NCBI GenBank assembly: GCA_021513715.1 | Contig: CP084167.1 | Location: 2,112,001-2,176,000, forward strand | Source: Candidatus Heimdallarchaeum endolithica | GTDB lineage: Archaea > Asgardarchaeota > Heimdallarchaeia > Heimdallarchaeales > Heimdallarchaeaceae | Direction of reading: 5' to 3' | Length of the DNA stretch: 64,000 nt | Shown: positions 1-9,097 of the stretch, one piece after another | Position numbering within the stretch: the stretch's first letter is position 1 | How the letters are laid out: each line of letters begins with the position of its first letter | Translations under genes and position numbers: made by a program | Notes under the pieces: model-generated | Told to the model about the DNA's origin: nothing | The model's input: only the letters and a program-made list of their open reading frames with translations | The model's database searches: none

Positions 1-988
1 AAATTACCTTTCGTCCTGACTTTTTGGCCCATAATAAAGCAAATTCTGTTTTACCAGACCCTGTAGGAGCAACTAAGACTATGTTTTTTTTAGAATGGTC
101 TATTTTTGCAATGATCTCTTTTTGCCATATTTTTTCTTTGTTTGTTATTAATTTAATGGCTTTTGATATTTCCACCTCTAACTGCTGGAAAACGGTTTCT
201 ATACTTGATATCTCTTCCACGTTTATCTGACCACTGGCCCCATAATCACATCGTCTTAAACACCCTAGAAAAACAAAAAAGGAGTAATCGGGCTTTTCAT
301 TGTCAATTTCATATAATTTTAATTCTGTTGTTAAACCATACCCTTTCTTGATTTTTTGCAACAATTTCGTCAATCTTATAAATCCTGGTTCTATCTCGTT
401 TAGTAAAGCATTACTTATGTGTTCACCTAACAATTCTTTTTGTTTTTCTATAAGTGCAATTAACAGCGATTTGATTTGATTGTTGTTTTTAATAATAAAT
501 TCTATGAATTTCTCTATTTCTGGATAATTATCAATTATATAACGTATATTCTTTTCTTGTTTAACATAAAAATCATTGTAGTGATGAAGTAAAATGGCTG
601 TTCGAATTTTTTGATTTCTTTCATCATTATTTAAAAAAATAAGAGAAAAAATCACAGAAAGAATTTCATGATCCTTTACTTTTTGATCAGTTAGTTCTTT
701 AAAGAATTTCTTGACACTTAGCCATTCTTTTTCTTTTTTTTCTGCGTATTTAAAGACCAATCCTTGAAAATAGGGATTGATTTTGCCAAGATCATGAATA
801 AAAGCAGCTTTTACTAAATCTTCGAGGAAAAAATCACTTTTTATTTCTTTGAAATCTATTACATTTTCATTTGCTTTGATAAACTCATGTAATTTTTTTA
901 CTTGATATATAATATCTTGTGTGTGTTCCCATAAAAGATATCTTTTTTGATCTTTTGATTTTGCTCTTAAAACTTCTATTAATTCCAA
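1..988 (-). CDS. cas3: CRISPR-associated helicase/nuclease Cas3 (N-terminal HD domain plus start of the SF2 helicase; runs off the window edge)
   Basis: Hand translation from TTG at 986-988 gives MELIEVLRAKSK...WEHTQD...AAFIHDLGKINPYFQ, and Walker A APTGSGKTE near position 60. Directly downstream of cas5. Absent from the ORF track because it has no stop inside the window. Confidence 0.92.
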   Translation of the reverse strand, partial: MELIEVLRAKSKDQKRYLLWEHTQDIIYQVKKLHEFIKANENVIDFKEIKSDFFLEDLVKAAFIHDLGKINPYFQGLVFKYAEKKEKEWLSVKKFFKELTDQKVKDHEILSVIFSLIFLNNDERNQKIRTAILLHHYNDFYVKQEKNIRYIIDNYPEIEKFIEFIIKNNNQIKSLLIALIEKQKELLGEHISNALLNEIEPGFIRLTKLLQKIKKGYGLTTELKLYEIDNEKPDYSFFVFLGCLRRCDYGASGQINVEEISSIETVFQQLEVEISKAIKLITNKEKIWQKEIIAKIDHSKKNIVLVAPTGSGKTEFALLWAKKSGRKVI

Positions 989-990
989 TT

Positions 991-1854
991 TTATAACCAC
1001 CCAAAGTCATTTACTATTGGAAAAGTTTCTAATTTTTTATCCAAATTAATGTCACAAAATTCTACCTCTATAGGACTTTGTAAAATAAGACTATGATCAG
1101 GACTGATGTATATAACTTCTTTAAACTCTGCACGCCTGTAAGTTTCCTTAGTTATTTGCTTTTTAGATTCAACTGGTTGTCCATTATTTTCAAAAATTAC
1201 CTTAGTTGGTACAAAAAATACAGGAAATTTCAGATTTTTGATAGGAAAATTTGTTCTAGTTATAAAAGTAGGATAATGTAATTTAATATCACCTTCAATT
1301 ATCTCTTTTTCAACAGATTCAACAAAATTAACAGATCTGATGTAAGCAATATCTTCTCCCCGGCCTAGACTTAATACCTTTTTTGTTTTTTCCAGTGATT
1401 CAGCAATTTCCTTTATCAGCATAAGTTGCTCTCTTTTTCCTTTTTTTCCTGCTTTTATAAAAATAAATAGATGACCATTAAATAGTTCTTGTACATAGAT
1501 TGGTGTTCTTTGAGCTGTTTGACCATATCCATAAAGAGGTATAGGTTTGTTCTTACTTGCTTGCTTGTTTACTAGCATATTCCGTTCCTTATCAATATAC
1601 ACTTCACCTCTGATGCTATGCTGATAATTCCAAAAAGAGCTCTCAAAACCGCCAAAAATTGCAATTTTTAACTCCCACCAAGTTTCAATTCCTTGAATAT
1701 GCCCGTACCAATCATTACAAGCATTTTGTAACATACCAATAATCGCTGACTTAGGGGGTAAGGGAAAGCTTTGCGCATAATAAAAAGTAAAGGGATTTCT
1801 ATAGAGCGCAAAGGGTTGAAATATTTCAATGAATAATATTGCTTCTTCTGTCAT
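991..1854 (-). CDS. cas5: Type I Cas5
   Basis: N-terminal FALYRNPFTFYYAQSFPLPPKSAIIGML Cas5 signature and LSLGRGED; lies between cas7 and cas3. Confidence 0.9.
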   Translation of the reverse strand: MTEEAILFIEIFQPFALYRNPFTFYYAQSFPLPPKSAIIGMLQNACNDWYGHIQGIETWWELKIAIFGGFESSFWNYQHSIRGEVYIDKERNMLVNKQASKNKPIPLYGYGQTAQRTPIYVQELFNGHLFIFIKAGKKGKREQLMLIKEIAESLEKTKKVLSLGRGEDIAYIRSVNFVESVEKEIIEGDIKLHYPTFITRTNFPIKNLKFPVFFVPTKVIFENNGQPVESKKQITKETYRRAEFKEVIYISPDHSLILQSPIEVEFCDINLDKKLETFPIVNDFGWL

Positions 1855-1892
1855 ATAATCCCTTTTTTTATTTTTAAAGCAAAATGAGGATG

Positions 1893-2924
1893 CTAATTCC
1901 TATTTTTTGCTTCATGTTCTTCAGCAACAAATTCAGGTTCTACTTCTACTGAACTTCTTTTGTATCCATATAATTGAGAAATATTTTGTGGTACAGTTGT
2001 GTCATCTTCTAAAAATTCCTCTACTTTGTTCAATATATCGTCAAATTGTGCGTTAATAATCTGTTTATTACGATCAATATCAACAATAAATTTTGGAGCT
2101 TCTTTCTCAATAATTTGATGTTCAATCTCATTCATAATAGTACCATCCTCTTTTTCGATTTTTCTTTCATTTGTAATTACTTTATATACATTTGATTTAC
2201 TTATTTCAATCTTATCCATATAAGTTTCATACCTTGCATCGTTATAAAGCCCCACAATCATCAGCCAGGGTGAAAGATTTTCCATGCGCCCTTTAATTTC
2301 CCTTTTAAGTGTAAATATTGTTTCTAATAATTGTTTAATTCTTTCATTTTTTTCTTGTTCATCAATCCTGAATTGATCTCCATCTTCGTCTAAGATTCCT
2401 ATTCTATTTACATCTATAACTAAATTATATACATAGAAATCCTTTTTTTCTTCGGAAGTGAAAGGATTACTACCTTCGCCTCCAGCTCGTTTCATAACGT
2501 CTAGATTTGCCAAAAATTGTGTATCAAAGTTGAATGGTGTCATAGAAATAGCATGTGAAATTTTAACAGGAGATACACGAGTAGTTGCACCTTCAGAACT
2601 ACCTTTTTTGGCAATCATAAAACCAAATAAATCAAATTCTGGGAAGCCTAGGATTTCTGAATCCTTAAGTAGTTGATTATTAGGACAAACTACACCTCCT
2701 TTAGTATTAGTTAATTGATCTGGTCCGGCTAATTTCCACTTATTTGGAAAAAGCTTGTTTCCATGGTGTAAGATACTGTACCGAAGAGCATAACGGCTAA
2801 CCAATACATATTGGCGACCATCCCATTTTGTTATTTTTTTTAGTTCTTGATAATTTCCTGAGCCTTGGTCATAATTCAAGGAATTACCATAGAATACTAT
2901 ATCTACTACAATATATTTACTCAT
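1893..2924 (-). CDS. cas7: Type I-B Cas7 (Cst2/DevR family)
   Basis: SLNYDQGSGNYQELKK, VSRYALRY, EFDLFGFM and TRVSPVKISHAIS motifs typical of Cst2/DevR. Confidence 0.92.
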   Translation of the reverse strand: MSKYIVVDIVFYGNSLNYDQGSGNYQELKKITKWDGRQYVLVSRYALRYSILHHGNKLFPNKWKLAGPDQLTNTKGGVVCPNNQLLKDSEILGFPEFDLFGFMIAKKGSSEGATTRVSPVKISHAISMTPFNFDTQFLANLDVMKRAGGEGSNPFTSEEKKDFYVYNLVIDVNRIGILDEDGDQFRIDEQEKNERIKQLLETIFTLKREIKGRMENLSPWLMIVGLYNDARYETYMDKIEISKSNVYKVITNERKIEKEDGTIMNEIEHQIIEKEAPKFIVDIDRNKQIINAQFDDILNKVEEFLEDDTTVPQNISQLYGYKRSSVEVEPEFVAEEHEAKNRN

Positions 2925-3207
2925 CTTTTTCTTTCTCCTTTAAATTTTTACTGTTTGTGTTATATGTATTCATTATTCCGATGATTATTGAATAAGCGTA
3001 ATTGGGAAAAACCTCTTTTGGCATTAAATCATAAGTTGAATTTAGTTGTTCAATCAGTTTACTAAGTTCTTTTTTTGGCTGGTTAATTGCTTTTAAAAGA
3101 ACATAAAAGAATCGTGTTTGGTCATTTGCCTTCACAGTATCCAGAAGAGTGTAAACTAATTTTTGCTTATAGTTGTCTGAAACATCCGTAAAAGATTTTT
3201 CAGTCAT
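2917..3207 (-). CDS. Small helical subunit, Cas11-like (start may lie upstream at an ATT codon, 3268-3270)
   Basis: 96-aa helical protein between cas8 and cas7. KLVYTLLD...FFYVLLKAIN...YAYSIIIGIM resembles the cas8 C-terminal segment LSTDLIHILL...FLNYLLKKLN...YALIIILQL. Confidence 0.65.
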   Translation of the reverse strand: MTEKSFTDVSDNYKQKLVYTLLDTVKANDQTRFFYVLLKAINQPKKELSKLIEQLNSTYDLMPKEVFPNYAYSIIIGIMNTYNTNSKNLKEKEKDE

Positions 3208-3299
3208 TGTTCTTAACTTACGTAATTCAATTTTTGTTTTTTTATTACCATAAACTTTTTGCCAGTAAATTTTTTTAACCTCCTTCTCACTATTTTTTA

Positions 3300-4937
3300 T
3301 TATTTAATTAATTGTAATATAATAATCAAAGCATATTCTTGCCAAGAGTGCTCATTCAGCACTACTTTGTCAAATAGCCATTTGTTTATTTTTTTCAACA
3401 ATTTTTTTGAATCTTTTTTGTTACATTCGTTTAATTTTTTTAGCAAATAATTTAAAAAGTAGATTTTTTGCTTTTTCAGTAAGATATGGATTAAATCCGT
3501 AGAAAGTTTCAATTTCTCATCTTTTGGGATCAAAGAAAGTATCAAACTAGAATAATAAGAAGAATTTCTGATTTCTTCGTTTATGTCTCTTACCAAGAAA
3601 TTATAATCGCTAAAAAAATCTTTTGAGAATAAACGTTTTTCATTTTTTAATTCACGAATTATTGCTTCGATTATTAAAGAATAAAGAGATGAACTAAATC
3701 GAAAAATTTTATTTGAAGAATCAGTGATGCACAAGAGACAATGTTGTAAAATTAGCGGATAAAGAGGTCTTCCACTAATAAATTCTCTTAAAAGCCATTT
3801 TTGTTTGTATTTTTTCTTGATTTTTTGATACTTTAAATAAATATTGATGTTTGATCTTATTTTATTATCTAACAATATACTTGCATGAAGCTTTGAAATT
3901 CCAATATAGTTTACGGATTGTATGTTTTGCTGATTGTCGACGCCGTCATGTTCTATGACATACATATTTTCTAATGAAAAAATACTTTTTTGTTCAAACA
4001 TGTAATCTAAAATACTGTTCCATGTCACTTTAAGAACGTCCTTATTACGATCCTTTTTTTCCAGTCTATTTAGCGATAGCCGAATACTTTTGTTAATATG
4101 GTAACTACTGTGTAGGTTGTTTGTATAAAATAATATAAATTTAGGTTCAAAAAAACTGGTAAAGGCAATAGGAAAACAAAGTAAATAAATAATCACAGAT
4201 TGTTCAAACAGTTCATTAAAATCATCTAGCGTTTGTATTTTACAATATAGAATATTCAAAGCTTCGCTTTCTGCAAACATAAACTTTGAAATAGTTTTAT
4301 CTAAAGCATTAGGGGTATCACTACCTTTAATTTTAGTTCTATAAAGCATATCTTCAAAGGCGAGAAAGACATCACTTTCTTTCCCTTTTTTGTTCTTTGA
4401 AGGGTTACAGAAAGGTAAATTTAAAAAAAATGGTTCTGTAAAGATTATACCAACATTTTCTATTTTTTTCAATACATTAGGACTTGTTTTAGAGCCAAAA
4501 GAATTTTTAAGATCACATTCAAATTCAGAAAAACTTTCTTTGATTTCGTCTTTAAAGTGATTATTAATATCAATAATAGCTTGTCGAACTTCATTTGGCG
4601 ATTGAAAAGAAGAGGGGACATTTTTATAACTTAACAATTCCTTTTGTAAATTCCTTTTCATCTCTTCAAAATGTTTCTTTTTTGTTTTACTTTTACTAGC
4701 TAAATCTTGCTTATTTATCCATTTTATTGCGGTTTCCTTAATATAATATAAAAAATAAGCATAATAGAATTTCTCTTTATAAAGTGGTTGACTAATTATT
4801 TTGTCAAAGCTTTCACCATAAACATCTTCAATTAAAAAGATATATCCTAAGATCCCTGCGTCTATATACCAATTACCAGTAAAAGATATTTGTTCAGTAG
4901 AATTATTTTTCTTTTCATCATGAATGATAACTGTCAT
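3300..4937 (-). CDS. cas8: Type I-B large subunit Cas8b (Cst1-like)
   Basis: N-terminal FTGNWYIDAGILG motif; 545 aa; lies between cas6 and cas7. Confidence 0.8.
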   Translation of the reverse strand: MTVIIHDEKKNNSTEQISFTGNWYIDAGILGYIFLIEDVYGESFDKIISQPLYKEKFYYAYFLYYIKETAIKWINKQDLASKSKTKKKHFEEMKRNLQKELLSYKNVPSSFQSPNEVRQAIIDINNHFKDEIKESFSEFECDLKNSFGSKTSPNVLKKIENVGIIFTEPFFLNLPFCNPSKNKKGKESDVFLAFEDMLYRTKIKGSDTPNALDKTISKFMFAESEALNILYCKIQTLDDFNELFEQSVIIYLLCFPIAFTSFFEPKFILFYTNNLHSSYHINKSIRLSLNRLEKKDRNKDVLKVTWNSILDYMFEQKSIFSLENMYVIEHDGVDNQQNIQSVNYIGISKLHASILLDNKIRSNINIYLKYQKIKKKYKQKWLLREFISGRPLYPLILQHCLLCITDSSNKIFRFSSSLYSLIIEAIIRELKNEKRLFSKDFFSDYNFLVRDINEEIRNSSYYSSLILSLIPKDEKLKLSTDLIHILLKKQKIYFLNYLLKKLNECNKKDSKKLLKKINKWLFDKVVLNEHSWQEYALIIILQLIK

Positions 4938-5124
4938 TAGACAACCAAAAATAAATAAAGAGATAATTATTTAAACTTACCTTATTTAAAATAAAGGTAG
5001 GGTCTAGTTTTCCTTCCTGTTGTACGTAAAAAAGAGGTAATTAGGCGGAGACTCTTAATTATTTATTTTGTAGAAAATTAAAGCCCACTTTAAAATGCAA
5101 TTATACCGATTTATTAAATTTAAA

Positions 5125-5862
5125 CTATTTTTTTAAATTAACAAAACCAAAACCCATAGTATTTCGTTCTCCAAAACCCGTATCAAGGCCAAATTTGATT
5201 AATTTATATTGAAAATCATCTACATAGCTCCACTCAAATTCCCACATAGTTGCAGCAAATTTATGTCCTTCACCATGTATGAATAGTTTATTATAAACAG
5301 TTTTTTTATAAGAAAATTGCTCAAAAATATCAATATTTTGGATATAGGTTTTATAAAAATGATTATATTTTTTAATAAGATTTTCTGAGAGTTGTTTAAG
5401 AAAAGCGTGAAAAGGGTAGTGTGGTCTCCAATAAACATATCTCCTTTTTCTTTCTTTTTCGGGAATTTGATACTCGTCATATTTCTGTTCAGGTATTCGT
5501 ATTATTATGGGGGTTGATGAAACAATGTGGATATTTCGTCTTGGTAGAACAATGTCAATAGGCTGAACATCAGTAATTCTAAATTGCATCTCACCAATGT
5601 TGATTACATCTTCGTGTTTCTTTTTCAACATTAGCTGCTCGTATAGAGAATTAATTATTTTCTTCAGAGGTGAAGAAATAATTAAATACTTTTGAGAATC
5701 ACCAAAAATATTAGAAAAACAAAAAAATTTGTAGTCATCCTTTTTATCATGTAAGGAAGAAAAGTCTTTCTTGAGTAGAGAATAAATAAAACCACTAAGT
5801 TTGTTATAAGCATAATCAATATATTGCTTTTTTACATCGTCCATTTTAATAAGTAATCTCAT
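5125..5862 (-). CDS. cas6: CRISPR endoribonuclease Cas6
   Basis: KFFCFSNI, SSTPIII and C-terminal G-rich loop GFGERNTMGFG. Confidence 0.95.
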   Translation of the reverse strand: MRLLIKMDDVKKQYIDYAYNKLSGFIYSLLKKDFSSLHDKKDDYKFFCFSNIFGDSQKYLIISSPLKKIINSLYEQLMLKKKHEDVINIGEMQFRITDVQPIDIVLPRRNIHIVSSTPIIIRIPEQKYDEYQIPEKERKRRYVYWRPHYPFHAFLKQLSENLIKKYNHFYKTYIQNIDIFEQFSYKKTVYNKLFIHGEGHKFAATMWEFEWSYVDDFQYKLIKFGLDTGFGERNTMGFGFVNLKK

Positions 5863-5902
5863 CCAAGATTACCTGAATAGTTATAACTATAAATATTTAT
5901 AT

Positions 5903-6062
5903 CAATTCAACCTATAAATCAAATTTAAACTACTCGTCACAAGTCTCTTCTTACTCATCTTTTCTAACTTCAATCCTATATTAGTCCAATTTAAATGATA
6001 GCAGAGTAATTATGTGGCGGTCTGCAAAACCGATTTCAATCCTATATTAGTCCAATTTTAAC
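5903..6062 (-). CRISPR. CRISPR mini-array: two 30-bp repeats, one degenerate trailer repeat and two 36-bp spacers
   Basis: Repeats at 6033-6062 (minus strand GTTAAAATTGGACTAATATAGGATTGAAAT), 5967-5996 (3 differences) and a degenerate copy at about 5903-5930. Spacers at 5997-6032 and 5931-5966 are both 36 bp. The ATTGAAAN 3' end implies minus-strand transcription. Confidence 0.9.
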
Positions 6063-6160
6063 CTTATTTTATTCTTCAGTCTACATTTTTCACTTATCTT
6101 CTTAATTTGTTTCCTTGGGATCGTACATAGTGTTATTCCTTTATAAACATCATTGATATT
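6063..6160 (-). promoter_or_regulatory. Putative CRISPR leader with TATA box
   Basis: AT-rich stretch with TTTATAAA at about 6140-6147, roughly 80 bp upstream of the intact repeat and on the side opposite the degenerate repeat. Confidence 0.55.
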
Positions 6161-6221
6161 CGTAGATTAAACATTAATATTAGATAATTTAATCTATAAT
6201 ATTCAGATTAAGAAACGTTTT

Positions 6222-6297
6222 TGGAGCAGGGCAAGGGATTTGCACCCCTGTAAAATGGTTTTGCAGACCATCGCATCAACTACTCTGCCAGCCCTGC
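6222..6297 (-). tRNA. tRNA-Cys(GCA), CCA encoded
   Basis: GCAGGGC TG GCAGAGTAGTTGATGC G ATGGT CTGCAAA ACCAT TTTAC AGGGG TGCAAAT CCCTT GCCCTGC T CCA folds as a cloverleaf with U73 discriminator. The D-loop lacks the usual GG. Confidence 0.93.
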
Positions 6298-6519
6298 TTT
6301 CTTCTTTTTCCATGGAGTTTTAATTTACGATAATTCTTTTTTTTTGTACCTAAAAAAGCTTTTCTATTGTTATCTTCTTCTTTTAAAGCTTCAAACTTTA
6401 TTTTTTAGTTTACTATTTTTTCTCAAAATATTGTTCTTAAAAAAAATAAATAATTAAAAAGAGAATAAAGAAAAGAAAAGAAAAAATTTTCTTCAGAAGA
6501 CTTTGGTCTTTATTTTGCT

Positions 6520-6822
6520 TTATCCGAATAAAGCTCCAAGACCTAGATCTTCTTCTTCTTCCTCTTCTTCAGGTTCTTCTTTTTTCTCTTCAGCTTTTTC
6601 TTCTGCACCACCTGCTGAAGCTGGAGCTGAAGGAGCTGCGGCAGCCATTACTGCTGTTTCTAGAGCTTGTTCGATGTCTACTTCTTCAAGAGCTGCTACT
6701 AGAGCTTTTACTCTTGACTCATCTACTGAAGCTCCTGCTGCTTCAAGAACCTTTTTTACTGCTTGTTCATTTATTTCTTTTCCTAATTCATGTAGGATCA
6801 TTGCTGCATATACATATTCCAT
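6520..6822 (-). CDS. rpl12p: Ribosomal stalk protein P1 (L12p)
   Basis: [11 protein letters not shown] start, Ala-rich hinge, acidic tail ending GLGALFG. Confidence 0.96.
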   Translation of the reverse strand: MEYVYAAMILHELGKEINEQAVKKVLEAAGASVDESRVKALVAALEEVDIEQALETAVMAAAAPSAPASAGGAEEKAEEKKEEPEEEEEEEDLGLGALFG

Positions 6823-6833
6823 TTTTTTTTCAC

Positions 6834-7850
6834 CTATCCAAATAGTGCGCCTAATCCGAGGTCTTCTTCCTCTTCTTCTGGCTCTTCTTCTTTTTCTTCT
6901 TGTTTTTGTTTATTGTCCGTGCTTACAGTGGTTTTTTGTGCCACCGAAGCCGTTTTTGCTGCTTCTAGCGCTTTAGCAGAAACAGCACTACTATCTATTT
7001 CACCTATTATTCTAGTCAACGCTAATGCTTGGCTTCTTACTTTTGCGAGTAACATAGGTAATGTTCGTGTTGTTGCTATTCCAGCATTAACAGTCAAGTT
7101 TATTGCTTGTTGATAGACTTTTTGTATCAAAATAGGTAAGCTTCTTTTTGTTACTATTCCTGCATTAACTGCTAAGTTCAAAGCTCTACTATGGGCATAT
7201 TGTAAGTTATTGAGATATTGTTCATAGTCTACTATCAAATCTTTTCCGTGTAATAGTGTTCCATCTTGTAGAGCTACTGTCATGCTTAATCCCACGAAGA
7301 AAGGCTCAATGTTCAATCTTCGTAGTAATAAAGCGACAGAACGAGTTACTTTTTCTCCTTCTTTTGTAACGACGGAGGGTTCAGCTATTTTTATCTGTCC
7401 TCCTTCAATTCTAGTTTTCAGTCCGAGTGATTGCAATTCAGATATTACGGGTCCTGGAGGGATACCTGTATTCATTGCAGGAACAACTATATCATTTGAA
7501 GCTATTTGTCCTGGTTTTGCTGGGGCAGGAACTTTGTTTGTGTTCATGTATGTTGCTAGTTTGAAAGGATTAGTTTTTGTTAATAAAAATGCACAAGGTC
7601 CTTTAATGTATTCTTTTAGTTGTTCTATCCCCTTTACTTTATCTTTCACTTGATCTATTGCTCGTTTCATTAAATTGTTCTTTGCCATTACTATTTTAGC
7701 TTCTTTTCTAAGTTCTGATCTCATCTTCTGTACTACACGTGCATTAATGTTCTCAATTTTTACGAGACCGATAATAGGATAGGAAAGCAATTCTGATTTG
7801 AGTTTCTCTACTGTTTGTATTTTTGCTTCTGAAATTCTTACTGACGACAT
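6834..7850 (-). CDS. rplP0: Ribosomal protein uL10 (P0)
   Basis: [20 protein letters not shown], and the same acidic GLGALFG tail as P1. Confidence 0.96.
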   Translation of the reverse strand: MSSVRISEAKIQTVEKLKSELLSYPIIGLVKIENINARVVQKMRSELRKEAKIVMAKNNLMKRAIDQVKDKVKGIEQLKEYIKGPCAFLLTKTNPFKLATYMNTNKVPAPAKPGQIASNDIVVPAMNTGIPPGPVISELQSLGLKTRIEGGQIKIAEPSVVTKEGEKVTRSVALLLRRLNIEPFFVGLSMTVALQDGTLLHGKDLIVDYEQYLNNLQYAHSRALNLAVNAGIVTKRSLPILIQKVYQQAINLTVNAGIATTRTLPMLLAKVRSQALALTRIIGEIDSSAVSAKALEAAKTASVAQKTTVSTDNKQKQEEKEEEPEEEEEDLGLGALFG

Positions 7851-7859
7851 TTATGTCAC

Positions 7860-8501
7860 CTATTCTACTTTTACTGAAGGACCCATAGTCGATTTAAGAT
7901 AAATTGATTTTATGTTACTTGCTCCTCTTTCGAGTTTTCCCTCTACAGCACGAAGTACAGCCATTGCATTTTCTGCTAAGTATTGTGTTTCCATGTTTAT
8001 TGTTCCAATTCGTGAATGTACGACAGGATTTTGCCTCAGACGTAATTTAACGGTTCGACTATAGTTTTTCACTAGGGGTTCTAGTTGTTCGGTTGGCGGG
8101 ACGGGTCTAGGCATTTTTCCTCTAGGCCCTAAATATCGCCCTAATGTTTTACCGATAACAGGCATAAGTTGTGCGCTGGAAATGAAGAAATCATAACTCT
8201 GTGCAATCTTCTTTGCTAACTTAGGATCACGAGATATGTTTTCCAACTCTTTTCTATCAATTATTTTTGATATTTTGAGTTCTTGTGCTTCAATTAGATG
8301 AGAACCTTCACCGAAGAGACAGATTTTTATTTCTTTTTCTATCTCGTGGGGAAGAATAACATCTATCTGAAACCTCTTAGATGGGTCTTTGAGATTTACA
8401 TCCTTAAGATTTATAGCCATATCAATCGATTCAACGAACTTTCTTTTGGGCGATTTTTCTTTTACAGCTTCAATAGCTTTACTAAATTGTTGTTCATTCA
8501 T
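7860..8501 (-). CDS. rpl1: Ribosomal protein uL1
   Basis: RKFVESID, LGRYLGPRGKMPRP, KSTMGP. ATG at 8499-8501 is preferred to the track's start at 8540 because GAGGT lies upstream and the product is 213 aa. Confidence 0.96.
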   Translation of the reverse strand: MNEQQFSKAIEAVKEKSPKRKFVESIDMAINLKDVNLKDPSKRFQIDVILPHEIEKEIKICLFGEGSHLIEAQELKISKIIDRKELENISRDPKLAKKIAQSYDFFISSAQLMPVIGKTLGRYLGPRGKMPRPVPPTEQLEPLVKNYSRTVKLRLRQNPVVHSRIGTINMETQYLAENAMAVLRAVEGKLERGASNIKSIYLKSTMGPSVKVE

Positions 8502-8511
8502 AATATCAACC

Positions 8512-8558
8512 TCTACCGCTTCCGTTTGGGATATAACCAACGGTCAAGCGCGGTTAGA
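8512..8558 (-). promoter_or_regulatory. Structured 5' leader of the uL1 operon (candidate uL1 autoregulatory site)
   Basis: GC-rich hairpin ACCGC-GCTTGA-CCGTT...AACGG-AA-GCGGT overlapping the ribosome-binding site. Confidence 0.5.
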
Positions 8559-8766
8559 ACCTAATATCACCACTTCCATTTTCTTTTTAAAGTTTTTTAA
8601 CTTCGAGAAAATGAGTTGCTCAATCGAATCTTTCAAGATATCAGTAAAAAGATGCAATTTGTATTTTATAGGCTACAGAAAGTTGTTAAACAAAGTTTTT
8701 CTTTTGGATAAACTCCTTTTTTAGAGAAAGAACAAAAATCATTATTAAAACAAAAAACTTATTATT

Positions 8767-8988
8767 TTGCAAAAAAGAATTGGCATGATTTATTTGGAAA
8801 AAAGTGATATCACAAGAAAAAAATTTCCCTTTTCATTAACAATAGATGACATTTTTATCTTATTTGGTATTTTAATGAATGGGATAAGTATAGTTATTGG
8901 TTTTATCCTTGGATTTACAATTGCAAGCCTGTTTCTTCTCCTATGCGAAATAATTTTAGTGGGAATGTATATTTTGAAAATGGTATGA
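8767..8988 (+). CDS. Small membrane protein, hypothetical
   Basis: Two hydrophobic segments; directly upstream of the HerA-like gene. Confidence 0.45.
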   Translation: MQKRIGMIYLEKSDITRKKFPFSLTIDDIFILFGILMNGISIVIGFILGFTIASLFLLLCEIILVGMYILKMV

Positions 8989-9097
8989 CCTAGAGACCTC
9001 TTTCAGTTAATCTAGACTCTATTTTCTCTTTTTTTATCAAACTTTGTGTTTTTATAGGCTATTTAGGTTAACAAATTAAATCGCTAAAAGTGGTTTA

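Noticed and set aside
4978-4999. Imperfect palindrome TACCTT...AAGGTA next to the cas8 TATA box
   Set aside because: Could be an operator but is short, AT-rich and unsupported.
5094-5125. Possible pseudo-repeat after the cas6 stop (CreTA-like element)
   Set aside because: Only the AT-rich GTTTAAATTT end and a partial ATTG match the repeat; no second pseudo-repeat, target or CreT-like mini-ORF found.
1-6062. Interpretation as a CRISPR-associated transposon
   Set aside because: cas3 with intact HD and Walker A motifs is present and there are no tns genes in the window; adaptation genes may lie beyond the left edge.
6503-8724. Antisense ORFs over the ribosomal protein genes (similar ones overlap ftsZ, aEF-2p and ppdK)
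   Set aside because: Shadow frames of real genes on the opposite strand.
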